Positions 12,571 through 24,164 of a DNA stretch of 62,864 nt are shown in pieces (the stretch's first letter is position 1; each line of letters begins with the position of its first letter). A program made the translations under genes and the position numbers. Source of the DNA: Chiloscyllium plagiosum (lineage: Eukaryota); the NCBI RefSeq assembly GCF_004010195.1, contig NC_057757.1:834041-896904 (forward strand), read 5' to 3'. The notes under the pieces were generated by a model that saw nothing but the letters and a program-made list of their open reading frames with translations, was not told the DNA's origin and made no database searches.

Positions 12571-13224
12571 TTAAAATTAAAGTCCCATTTATTCTTGAAA
12601 ATGTACAATAAATCTGGATAAATTAACATGAAACCGGTCTTTTGAGTTTATTTTCTGCACAGACGTAACCTGAACAGCAGCATTTCAAAGTTTAATACGT
12701 TTGTAAAGCTACTATAGGACAGTAAAAGTTTACATTTAAATTAATTTTTGCTTTAAAATAAATTCCCCCTCCCCAGCAACTTCCCCAGGTCTTCCCTGTA
12801 ATTCCAGTCCCCCCCCACCCCATCGCTGTAACCATTCCTGTGAAACTTGTCCACGCTCTTTCCAATAACTTCACACCGAGTGTGACAGAGAGGATCAGCA
12901 TTACAAACAGAAAAGAGAGATTTCCTGGATTATGGTCTTTATTCTACATCAACATTCATATTAGTCACAGCTGACACCAGGATGAAAAGACCCACTCTCA
13001 ACCCAGCTAGAGACCGCAGGCCGAGAGGTACAGCTGTCAATCCGATGCAGCGTCCGTCCTCCACAACAACTTGCATTTATGTAGCACTTTAATACCAGAA
13101 AGCATACCCAGGCTCCCTCACAGGACCGAAAATCAGTCAACCACTTGATGTGCACACAGAAAATCAGATATAACCGGGCATACGATGCAATTCCCCAATG
13201 CAGAAACATCATATTGGTTGACAG

Positions 13225-13800
13225 TGCAGTGCTGAGTGAATGCCGCACTGTTGGAGGGTCAGTACTGAGGGAGTGGGCACTGTCGGAGGGTCAGTGCTGA
13301 GGGAGTGGGCACTGTCAGGGGGTCAGCACTGAGGGAGTGCCTCTCTGTCGGAGGATCGGTGCTGAGGGAGTGCCGAACTATCAGAGGATCAGTGCTGAGG
13401 GAGCGGGCACTGTTGGAGGGTGAGTGTTGAGAGAGTGCTGCACTGTTGGAGGGTCAGCGCTGTGGGAGTGCCGCACTGTCAGAGGGTCAGCACTGAGGGA
13501 GTGGGCACTGTCGGAGGGTCAGTGCTGAAGGAGTGCCGCAATGTCGGAAGGTCAATACTGAGGGAGTGCCACACTGTTGGAGGGTCAGTGCTGAGGGAGC
13601 GCTGCACTGTCGGAGGGTCAGCGCTGAGGCAGCGGGCACTGTTGGAGGGTCAGTGCTGAAGGAGCGCCGCACTGTCGGAGGGTCAGCGCTGAGGGAGCAC
13701 CGCACTGTCAGAGGGTCAGCGCTGAGGGAGCGGGCACTGTTGGAGGGTCAGTGCTGAGGCAGCGGGCACTGTTGTAGGGTCAGTGCTGAGGGAGCCCCAC
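13225..13800. repeat. ~31-bp satellite array
   Basis: Tandem GCACTGTCGGAGGGTCAGTGCTGAGGGAG units. Confidence 0.92.
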
Positions 13801-14361
13801 AGTTTGCTGGCTAGGTATTTTCAGATGTTCTGGGTGAGGCAGTGGAGATGGAGGGGTGAGGAAAGGGGAATTTTGCTCAATACCTTGAGCTAACAATAAT
13901 CCCTCAACCAACATCACTGGAAAACCATCCCCTCCCTATTTATCACATCACTGGTTTCGAGAGCTTGCTATTTGAAAATTGGTCATAATGGTTCTGAGAA
14001 TCGAGCAGTAAGTATGAAATCACTGCTGAGTTCCTGAGAAGCTACAGAAATGCAAGTTATTCCTTCCTGGTTCCATGCTGTGTATATATCTGCGGTTTTG
14101 TCATGAGGTTTTCTGTGTGCAGGAGAAAATGAATTCCACTTGAATGACACTCACAGCAAGACAACAGAGAATCTAACATTAGCTCTGCTATTGACAGTAT
14201 CTCAAATTCACCCACAGAACCCCCACACCACGCCCTTCCAAATTAAATCATTAATTACAAGCGAAAAAGCAGGATATTTGTTTCAAAAGTGCCGAGCATT
14301 TGCGATGCTGAGAATTCTTCCAAACGGAGGGTTAATCCCCTGCTGGCTATTGATTGGCATT

Positions 14362-14430
14362 TTATTCCCAATCAGTCAAGCGTCCGTTCAGTTCATCACC
14401 ATCCAAATTCCACTCTGCCTCTGGATCATC
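14362..14430 (-). CDS. Osteocrin-like precursor, candidate terminal coding exon (DDPEAEWNLDGDELNGRLTDWE*)
   Basis: Branch-point-like cactaac, pyrimidine tract and cag acceptor; phase 0 matches the donor at 17654; AATAAA overlaps the stop. Confidence 0.55.
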   Translation of the reverse strand, partial: DDPEAEWNLDGDELNGRLTDWE

Positions 14431-14509
14431 CTGATTAGGAGAGAGGTGCCACGTTAGTGAAGGTTCCCTAAACGAAAAGGCTTAGGTACAGAGCAACAGG
14501 AGTTGGCCT

Positions 14510-17295
14510 ATTGGTGGAGCCCAGAACAAGAGGGCATAGGTTTATGGTGAGAGGGGAAAGATTTAGAACGGCACTAAGGGGTTACTTTTTCACACAGAAG
14601 GTGATGCGTGTATGGAATGAGCTGCCAGAGGAAGTGGTGGAGGCTGGTACAATTACAGCATTTAAAAGGCATCTGGATGGGTATGTGAATTTGGAGGGAT
14701 ATGGGCCGGGTGCTGGCAAAGTTTAATTCAGATAAATACGAGATGCTGCATTTTGGGAAAGCAAATCTTAGCAGGATTTATACACTTAATGGTAAGGTCC
14801 TAGGGAGTGTTGCTGAACAAAGACCTTGCAGCGCAGGTTCATAAATTCCATGAAAGTAGAGTTGCAAGTAGATAGGATAGTGAAGATGGCATTTGGTATG
14901 CTTTCCTTTATTGGTCAGAGTATTGAGTACAGGAGTTGGAAGGTCATGTTNNNNNNNNNNNNNNNNNNNNNNNNNNNNNNNNNNNNNNNNNNNNNNNNNN
15001 NNNNNNNNNNNNNNNNNNNNNNNNNNGTCGGGGAGTCCAGAACTAGAGGGCATAGGTTTAGGGTGAGAGGGGAAAGATATAAAAGAGACCAAAGGGGCAA
15101 CGTTTTCATGCAGAGGGTGGTACGTGTATGGAATGAGCTGCCAGAGGAAGTGGTGGAGGCTGGTACAATTGCAACATTTAAGAGGCATTTGGATGGGTAT
15201 ATGAATAGGAAGGGTTTGGAGGGATATGGGCCGGGTGCTGGCAGGTGGGAGTAGATTGGGTTGGGATATCTGGTCGGCATGGACGGGTTGGACCGAAGGG
15301 TCTGGTTCCATGCTGTACATCTCTATGACTCTTTGACTCTCCTTTGCCATTCAATAGTATCATGGCTGAAGAGTTATCTAACACCACAGGCCTGCCTTAG
15401 GCCATATCCTTAATGCCATTCCTTAATAAAAATCTGTCTCAGACTGAAATTTACCTATTGAATTTGCATCCACTGCCGTTTGAGGAAGAGAATTTGAAAC
15501 CTTTGTGTGTGGAAGTGCTTCCTAACATCTCTCCTGAATGGTCTGACCTCTATTCTCAGACTATTCTCCCCATGTCTAGAATTCCCAACCAATGGAAATA
15601 GTTTATCTTTATCACCCCTGTATTTGCCTGCTAATCTAACTGATTTGAATGTGAACATAGGAGGTATAGCTAGTAAGTTTGCAGATGACACCAACATTGG
15701 AGGTGTAGTGCACAGCAAAGAAGATTATCTCAGAGTAAAACGCAATCTTGATCAGATGGGCCAATGGACTGAGGAGCGGCAGATGGAGTTTAATTTAGAT
15801 AAATGCAAGGTGCTGCATTTTGGAAAGGCAAATCAAAGCCTTATACACTTATACACTTAATGATAATAGTGAGAGTGTTGCTGAACAAAGAGACCTTGGA
15901 GTGCAGGTTCATAGTTCCTTGAAAGTGGAGTCACAGGTAGTTGGGATAGTGAAGAAGGCGTTTGGTATGCTTTCCTTTATTGGTCAGTGCATTGATTATA
16001 GGAGTTGGGAGGTCATGTTGCGGTTGTACAGGACATTAGTTAGGCCACTGTTGGAATATTGCATGCAATTCCGATCTCCCTCCTATCGGAAGGGTGTTGT
16101 GAAACTTGAAAGGGTTCAGAAAAGATTTACAAGGATGTTGCCAGGGTTGGAGGATTTGAGCTATAGGGAGAGGCAGAACAGGCTGGGGCTGTTTTCCCTG
16201 GAGCGTTGGAGGCTGAGGGGTGATCTTGTAGAGGTTTATAAAATCATGAGGGGCATGGATAGGGTAAATAGGCAAAGTCTTTTCCCTGGGGTGGGGAAGC
16301 CCAGAACTTGAGGGCATAGGTTTGGGGTGAGAGGGGAGGGATATAGAGGGGATTGAAGGGACAACGTTTTCACACAGAGGGTGGTGCGTGTATGGAATGA
16401 GCTGCCAGAGGAAGTGGTGGAGGCTGGTACAATTACAGCATTTAAAAGGCATCTGGATGGGTATGAGAATTTGGAGGATTTGGAGGGATATGGGCCGGGT
16501 GCTGGCAAAGTTTAATTCAGATAAATGCGAGGTGCTGCATTTTGGGAAAGCAAATCTTAGCAGGATTTATACACTTAATGGTAAGGTCCTAGGGAGTGTT
16601 GCTGAACAAAGAGACCTTGGAGGGAAGGTTCATAGCTCCTTGGAAGTGGAGTCGCAGATGGATAGGATAGTGAAGAAGGCGTTTGGTATGCTTTCCTTTA
16701 TTGGTCAGAGTATTGAGTACAGGAGTTGGGAGGTCATGTTGTGGCTGTACAGGACATTGGTTAGGCCACTGTTGGAATATTGTGTGCAATTCTGGTCTCC
16801 TTCCTATCAGAAAGATGTTGTGAAACTTGAAAGGGTTCAGAAAAGATTTACAAGGATGTTACCAGGGTTGGAGGATTTGAGCTACAGGGATAGGCTGAAC
16901 AGGCTGGGGCTGTTTTCCCTGGAGCGTCGGAGGCTGAGGGGTGACCTTATAGAGGTTTACAAAATGATGAGGGGCATGGCTAAGGTAAATGGCAAAGTCT
17001 TTTCCCTGGGACCGGGGAGTCCAGAACTAGAGGGCATAGGTTTAGGGTGAGAGGGGAAAGATATAAAAGAGACCTAAGGGGTAACACTTTCACACAATGG
17101 GTGGTACGTGTATGGAATGAGCTGCCAGATGAAGTGGTGGAGGCTGGTACAATTGCAACATTTAAGAAGCATTTGGATGTGTATATGAATAGGAAGGGTT
17201 TGGAGGGATGTGGGCCAGATGCTGCAAATGGGAGTAGATTAATTTCGGATATCTGGTCAGCATGGAAGAGTTGGACTGAAGGGTTTGTGTCCTTC
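14510..17295 (+). mobile_element. Cluster of 3'-end CR1 LINE fragments, partly head-to-tail
   Basis: Repeated KCEVLHFG...QRDLGV...LVRPLLEYC...RRLRGDLIEVYKIM...RVVRVWNELP ORF2 C-termini and 3' UTRs. Confidence 0.92.
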
Positions 17296-17653
17296 CTGAC
17301 TCTGGGTAGTTTCTTTCGGAGCGATTTTTTGATTCAATCTCCCCTTTGTATTGTTTGCTCTGGCCCTCCCACCCTCACTGACGCCCCCCCCCCCACGCCA
17401 CCTCACACCCACCCACCCCTGAGAGTGTTCGGGAGTAGGGGTATGTAGCCTTCGCATCAGCTGATGGGTGGGATCACTCTGTGAGCCCCCTCACCCATCG
17501 AGGTAGCAAAACCATCTCGAGAAATGTGGGACACTCGAAAAGACTGTGCAATCCCATCTCAGTATATTGGCACAGGACTGGTCCTCAGGAGCTGAGTAAC
17601 CGGGAAAGGGGGTACAAAGAGGGGTCGGGGAAAGGGGGGGGGCATTAACTCAC

Positions 17654-17720
17654 CAACCAGACCCTCCTGTGGAGTAAGGATGGGCCTCCAATGTGATCCA
17701 GCGGGGTCAATATTCTCCGC
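17654..17720 (-). CDS. Osteocrin-like precursor coding exon 3 (RRILTPLDHIGGPSLLHRRVWL)
   Basis: tttctacag acceptor, phase 2 entry, TTG|gtgagt donor (read-through would add VS* ending 17645); resembles OSTN RRFGIPMDRIG. Confidence 0.8.
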
Positions 17721-17989
17721 CTGTAGAAACACATAAAGGATGAACAAAATGTTCAGCGTCATCCAGCCCTCTGATTCCAATTGATATAATTGTTCCCCAG
17801 CCCCAGCACCCAATTCCAGACCTGCCCCTTGAATTTCCAACTGTGCATCCAAGCCAGCACCAAGACTACCTCCCTCTATCATCGCCCCTTCGGCCCCTCT
17901 GGATTCTACTGTCATCAGCCAGTATCCCACCCTCCGTAAACTGTCTCATCCCAGGGACTGGACAGACTGGAGTTGTTTCCCCTGGACCA

Positions 17990-18500
17990 AAGTGAGGACT
18001 GCAGATGCTGGAGATCAGAGTCGAGAGTGCGGTGCTGGAAAAGCACAGCAGGTCAGGCAGCATCCGAGGAGCAGGAGAGTCGACGTTTTGGGCAAAAGTC
18101 CTTCATCGGGAATGAGGCTGGGAGCCTCGGGAGTGGAGAGATAAATGGGAGGGGAGTGGGGCTGGGGAGAAGGTAGCTGTGAGTGCAATAGGTGGATGGG
18201 GGGTGGGGTTAAAGGTGATAGGTCAGAGAGGAGGATAGGTGGGAAGGGAGATTGACAGGTAGGACAGGTCATGAGGGCAGTGCCGAGTTGGAGGGCTGGA
18301 TCTGGGATAAGGTGGGAAGAGGGGAAATGAGGACCAGTGGTGAAATCCACATTGATGCCCTGGAGTTGGAGGGTCCCAAGGCAGAAGTTGAGGCATTCTT
18401 CCTCCAAGCGCTGGGTTGTGAGGGAGTGGCGGTGGAGGAGGCCCAGGACCTGCATGTCCTTGGTAGAGTGGGAAGGGAAGCTGAAGTGTTCGGCCACGGG
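17990..18500 (-). mobile_element. Penelope-like element 3' fragment (GIY-YIG endonuclease C-terminus and terminal repeat)
   Basis: VAEHFSFPSHS...LEEECLNFCLGTLQLQGINVDF resembles the GIY-YIG C-terminus of Penelope ORFs; degenerate hammerhead-like motif in the tail. Confidence 0.7.
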
Positions 18501-18629
18501 GCAGTGGGGATAGTTGGTTGCTCCCCTGGAGCAGAGGAGACTGAGAGGGACAGTATAGATTCACAAGGTGCATCGATAGGGCAGACAGATAGGAATTTTC
18601 CCCCCTTTTTGCTGGGATCAATGACCATC

Positions 18630-19440
18630 TTGAAATTAGAGTCCCAGGTAGACAGGGTGATGCAGAAGGCGTTTGGTATGCTTGACTTTATTGGTGATTG
18701 CATTGGGTACAGGGGCTGGGAGGTCATGTTGAGGCTGTACAGGACATTGGTTAGACCACTGTTGGAATATTGTGTTCAGTTCTGGTTTCTGTGCTACAGA
18801 AAAGATGTTGTGAAACCTGAAAGGGTTCAGAAAAGATTCACAAGGATATTGCCAGGGTTGGAGGATCTGAGCTACAGAGAGAGGCTGAACAGGCTGGGGC
18901 TGTTTTCCCTGGAGCGTAGGGGGCTGAGGGGTGACCTTATAGAAGTTTACAAAATTATGAGGGGCATGGATAGGGTAAATAGACAAGGTTGAAAATGTGT
19001 TGCTGGAAAAGCGCAGCAGGTCAGGCAGCATCCAGGGAACAGGAGAATCGACGTTTCGGGGCATAAGCCCTTCCTGAAGCGCTTTTCCAGCAACAAATTT
19101 TCAGCTCTGATCTCCAGCATCTGCAGACCTCACTTTCTCCCTAAGTAGACAAGGTCTCTTCTCTGGGGTGGGGGAGTCCAGAACTAGAGGGCATAGCTTT
19201 AGGGTGAGAGGGGAAAGATATGAAAGGGACCTAAGGGGCGAATTTTTCACACAGAGGGTGGTGTGTATGGAATGAGCTGCCAGAGGAAGTGGTGGAGGTT
19301 GGTCAAATGACAACATTTAAAAGGCATCAGGATGGGTATATGAATAGGAAGGGTTTGGAGGGAGATGGACCAAGTGCTGGTAAATGGGACTAGATTATTT
19401 TATAATATCCGGTCGGCATGGACGAGTTGGACCGAAGGGT
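18630..19440 (+). mobile_element. CR1 3' fragment interrupted by a short Penelope-derived insert (about 18990-19140)
   Basis: CR1 ORF2 C-terminal peptide on both sides; AGACAAGGT is repeated at the two flanks of the insert. Confidence 0.8.
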
Positions 19441-20016
19441 CTACCTCTGTGTGTATACCTCTATGACTCTATGAACAGGGGGCATAGATTGAAGATACGA
19501 AGCAGAGGGTTTAGCGGGGAGGTGAGGGGGTGCGGGGAATCTGGAATTCTGTAGGAGTGGGAGAGGCAGAAACACTCATCACACCACGGAAGGGTTTGGA
19601 TGTGTCCTTGTGATGCCCAGTGCTGTGAATGGGGACTGTAATAGTGACCAGTACAGGGCTCAGTGGGCCAAAGGGTGTCTTCTGCGCTGTTGACCTCTAT
19701 CACTTTTCTTTATCACTGCAAGGTATGGCAGTCCCGAATAAATCCAACAGTGTAACACCTTTCCCTGGAGACTGAGGAGCTCACTCTCACGGGGAGTGGC
19801 TGGATTGTGGTGGGAGTGGGGGTGGGGTGATGACATGGGCGATGCTCAAGTGGGACAGCACAGATGGGCCAAATGGCCTGTTTCTGTGCTGGAGATTCTC
19901 AGTGGGGGGTTGGGATGTTATACTGAGGAACCCCGCCCCCCCTCCCGCCATGGGCAGGTTCTCCTGGCAGTCTGACAGAGCAGACGAGAGGTATGGGGAA
20001 AGAGAGAGGGCCTCAC

Positions 20017-20219
20017 CGAGGAGCTGGGCGGTCACCGTGGATCAGCCGTTTCTCCGAGAAAATCCGATCCAGGGGCCTTCCGAAGTTGGGAAGCAGGGAT
20101 GCTCTGGCCCCTCGCTGTTCACCCACTGACTCTGAGAAACCGGCTGTGTCCAGGTAATCATCATCGTCAGCAAATCGCACACTGGACCTGGAGTCACCTA
20201 CATCCAAAGGAACTGGGGC
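20017..20219 (-). CDS. Osteocrin-like precursor coding exon 2 (APVPLDVG...RGARASLLPNFGRPLDRIFSEKRLIHGDRPAP)
   Basis: gcag acceptor and CG|gtgagg donor; 203 nt, phase 0 to 2; FGRPLDRI resembles OSTN FGSPLDRL and the natriuretic peptide core FG..xDRI. Confidence 0.85.
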
Positions 20220-20299
20220 CTGCTCGTAGAATGACACCATCATGAGCAGCAGAGAAAACAGCTCGAGAGCAAAACACATCTCTCTCCTTCACCTTCTCT

Positions 20300-21070
20300 A
20301 TCTCACTCTCCCTCTCCCCATCCCTCGCTCCATTGATCTCACTCTCTCTCCCCATCCCTCTCTCCATTTATCTCACCCCCTCTCCCCATCCCTCGCTCCA
20401 TTGATCTCACTCTCTCTCCCCATCCCTCTCTCCATTTATCTCACCCCCTCTCCCCATCCCTCGCTCCATTGATCTCACTCTCTCTCCCCATCCCTCTCTC
20501 CATTTATCTCACCCCCTCTCCCCATCCCTCGCTCCATTGATCTCACTCTCTCTCCCCATCCCTCTCTCCATTTATCTCACCCCCTCTCCCCATCCCTCGC
20601 TCCATTGATCTCACTCTCTCTCCCCATCCCTCTCTCCATTTATCTCACCCCCTCTCCCCATCCCTCGCTCCATTGATCTCACTCTCTCTCCCCATCCCTC
20701 TCTCCATTTATCTCACCCCCTCTCCCCATCCCTCGCTCCATTGATCTCACTCTCTCTCCCCATCCCTCTCTCCATTTATCTCACCCCCTCTCCCCATCCC
20801 TCGCTCCATTGATCTCACTCTCTCTCCCCATCCCTCTCTCCATTTATCTCACCCCCTCTCCCCATCCCTCGCTCCATTGATCTCACTCTCTCTCCCCATC
20901 CCTCTCTCCATTTATCTCACCCCCTCTCCCCATCCCTCGCTCCATTGATCTCACTCTCTCTCCCCATCCCTCTCTCCATTTATCTCACCCCCTCTCCCCA
21001 TCCCTCGCTCCATTGATCTCACTCTCTCTCCCCATCCCTCTCTCCATTTATCTCACCCCCTCTCCCCATC
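20300..21070. repeat. Pyrimidine-rich minisatellite, 68-bp unit (dimer of ~34 bp), in the intron between osteocrin-like coding exons 1 and 2
   Basis: About 11 near-perfect tandem copies. Confidence 0.95.
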
Positions 21071-21233
21071 TGCATCTCCCCGTGTGCCATCACCCCCATC
21101 ACTCCCTCTCCCCAGTCACGCCCTCTTCCCCCAGCACTCCTCTCCCCAGTCACTCCCTCTCTCCCCAGTCACTCTCTGCCCCTGGTCACTCCCCACCCGG
21201 CCTCCCCCTATCTGTGTCTCTCTCTGTACGTAC

Positions 21234-21326
21234 CTGTGCCTGGGCTGTGTTCAGTACGAACCCTAGGCTTGGCTGCAGGAGCAGGAGCAGGAGCAGATTC
21301 TGAGCGATGGCCTGACTCAGGAACAT
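21234..21326 (-). CDS. Osteocrin-like precursor coding exon 1, signal peptide (MFLSQAIAQNLLLLLLLQPSLGFVLNTAQAQ)
   Basis: gtacag|ATG acceptor and CAG|gtacgt donor; 93 nt; Leu7 hydrophobic core followed by a PSLG cleavage-like region. Confidence 0.85.
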
Positions 21327-22679
21327 CTGTACGGGAAAGATGTGTTTGTGACCCCTTAATATTCTAGAGAGTGTCTGACAGTATAACTCCCATCCAACTG
21401 TGGAGCCAATCTGGGCGACCCCCCCCCCAATGATTTAAATTTGAAAATAAGGAAGATCCCAAAATCTGTCACAGGAGAGAGCATCCAGGGCAGTAGCAGA
21501 ATGCAGAGGGAGAACTGTCTGTAGACCCAATCCCAGTAACATCCCACTGAGCCTTGTGCGTAAACCCAGGCCAAGTAAAACTAAGGGCTTGCCCACGATG
21601 CCTACTGTTGTCGAACAGCTGCCATTAACAACGGCAGCAGAATCTTACACCAGCCCAAGTGCACTGAGCACAGGAGTGGGGCCCATTGAGGGAGTGAAAC
21701 GTAAATGTCTGCAGCACACAATGAGACCCATCAGTCCATTATGTCTGGACTAGCCCTTTTATCAGAATTATTGAAGGAGTGAGGAATTCCAGCATTGAAG
21801 ACAGATCGAAGAGGTTGGGACCACTCTCCCTGGAGAGAGGAGGCTGAGAGGGAGATTCGATAGAGGTTCCCAAAATCATGGCGGGGTTGGGCAAAGCAGA
21901 GAGCGGGAGGGTGCATAGATTTAAAGAGACGGGCGGGGTTGATGTGAGAAAGATGCACTGCCTGGAAGTGCAATGGGAGGCAGGTTCAATTGAGACTTTC
22001 AAAAGGATGGATATACAGTGGGCAGGGAGGGGGGGGGGGGGAAATGCAGGAGGTTGATGCTAGGGAACAGAACCAGTGCAAGCACAGTGGGCCAAATGGC
22101 CTCCCTCTGTGCCAGAGCAGTTCCGTGATTCTGAGAGAGAGTTGCTCTTTCCCAACAAACTACATCTCCACTCTCCCCTCCTGGAGGTTCCTGCTCCCAC
22201 GTACTTTCAGGCACCCTGTGTTCTTGATCACAACTGCTCACTGTGTCAAAAAGAAACCAAACTCTCACCTCTCCCTTGGACTCTCTGATAAATTATTCTC
22301 TGGTCATCTCCAGCCCTCACTGACCGCCCTCAACCAAAACCCCTCGGAAGTTAGACAGCCTTGGTTCACTCTCATAGACTCCTAACAGCATGGTAAAAGG
22401 CCCTTTGGCCCATCGGGCTATCAATCCTAGTCCCATTTTCCATTTATCCTATCCATGCCCGTCACGATTTTATGGCCTGTAGCCTTGTATTCTCGGGCCT
22501 TACAGCTGCACATCTGAATGTTTCTTTAGATGTCTTGGGAGGGGTTCCCAACTCCAATACTTTTTTAAGACACTGAACTCCAAATACCCACCACCAGCTG
22601 GGAGAAAATGTTCTTCCTCAAATCTCCTTACCTTAAAACTGTGCCCCCTGGTTAGCTCGTTCAATTCTGTCTGCAGCTA

Positions 22680-23310
22680 TGGGTGGCTCAGTGGGTACCA
22701 CTGCTGCCTCAGCGCCAGGGAACTGGGTTCAATTCCAGCCTCAGGCGACTGTCTATGTGGAGTTTGCACATTCTCCCCGTGTCTGTGTGGGTTTCCTCCC
22801 ACAATCCAAAGATTACATTGCATTACCTACAGTATGGAAACACGCCCTTCAGCCCAACAAGTCCATACCGACCCTATGAAGAGCAACCTACCCAGATCTA
22901 TTCCTCTACATTTACCCCTGACTAACGTACCTAATACTACAGGCAATTTAGCATAGCCAATTCACCTAATCTGCATGTCTTTGGATTGTGGGAGGAAACC
23001 GGAGCACCCGGAGGAAACCCACACGGGGAGAATGTGCAAACTCCACATAGAGAGCCACCCGAGGTGGGAATTGAACCCGGCACTGTGAGGCAGCAGTACT
23101 AACCACTGAGCCACCATGCTGCCCAAAAGATGTGCAGGTTAGGGTGGATTGGCCATGGGAAATTGTCCCATAGTGTCCAGGGATGTGCAGGTTGGGGTGG
23201 CTTGGCCATGGGAAATGCAGGGTTATAGGGTAGGGGTGGGATGCTCCTCTTTGGCTGGGGTGGGGGGGGGGGCTCAGTGTAGACTGAACAGCATGTTTCC
23301 ATCCGGTAGG
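22680..23310. mobile_element. Nested/inverted cluster of V-SINE (HE1-like) copies
   Basis: SINE heads and V-domains on both strands. Confidence 0.8.
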
Positions 23311-23462
23311 GATTCTACGATCTGATAGGGATAGGGACCAGTAAACTCTGGCTGAAGAAAAACCGTTAAAAAAAAAACAAATTATGCGTTCGGAATGAAT
23401 CGAATTAATATAAGAATCAAACAATTCTTCCCAGGTTCCCGTGGATAGATTAACAGTCTCAC

Positions 23463-23605
23463 CTTTAGCAGCTCCGCGAACACTGGGGTTAGTTTGCAAA
23501 TGCTACTCTCCTCCGTTGCAGTTGAATTGCGAACCTTCTGCTGTTAAGTCCCTTTTTACTGAGGGGTTTATAAAGGTTGACCTGGGCGGGGTATTTATAA
23601 AAAAG
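23463..23605 (-). promoter_or_regulatory. Candidate TATA promoter and non-coding exon 1 of the osteocrin-like gene
   Basis: Minus-strand TATAAA at 23567-23572, GC box and A/T-rich element just upstream; an ATG-free ~80-nt stretch ends in AAG|gtgaga at 23463; splicing gives AAG-ATG (A at -3). Confidence 0.55.
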
Positions 23606-24164
23606 AAAATCCTTTTCTATGAAGTCACGCGAATGGGTTTGACCTGGGTTCAAGCTGGAGACGTTTTTTTCTTGCTTTTCATTTTAATTTTTGTTATTTT
23701 TCTTCGTTTAATCTGAGTGCGAAATCAGCAAAACCAAAATAATAAGACATTAATCATGTATCCCTCCCAAAAGTGCCAGACAAAAAGACGAGAACTCCTG
23801 TCTCTTTCCCCCCCCCACACCCTCTTTGGTTTCTGACCGGGCCTGACCCAGGTCAATGCGAAGGAGAGTTCTCTTTCACTGTTCATTTTACAGGGTTCAA
23901 TTGTTGATCAATTCTGATGTAGCCCACCTCCCTCTGTCCCATGAATACAAGGGGAGAGATTGCCTGAGACTTAGGTTTGGTTTAGATTTAAGCTTATTGT
24001 CACCTGTACTCAAGTACATTGAAAAATGGACAATTTTACTTGTTACACATCATATAACTTTTGGAGCAGGTGTATTTGATATTCTCGAGATACAGACTGG
24101 CTTTCAGGATTGCAAATCTGCCTAGCAACAGTCTCTGGAATTCTTCATTTGCCCTTTACCTGAG

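Noticed and set aside
17559..17930. 123-aa ORF reading AENIDPAGSHW through the 17.7-kb exon
   Set aside because: The upstream exon ends in phase 2, which selects the RRILTPLDHIG frame instead
20017..20219. Classical natriuretic peptide (CNP/ANP) gene
   Set aside because: No cysteines to form the 17-residue ring; two tandem motifs and CCDC50 linkage indicate the osteocrin type
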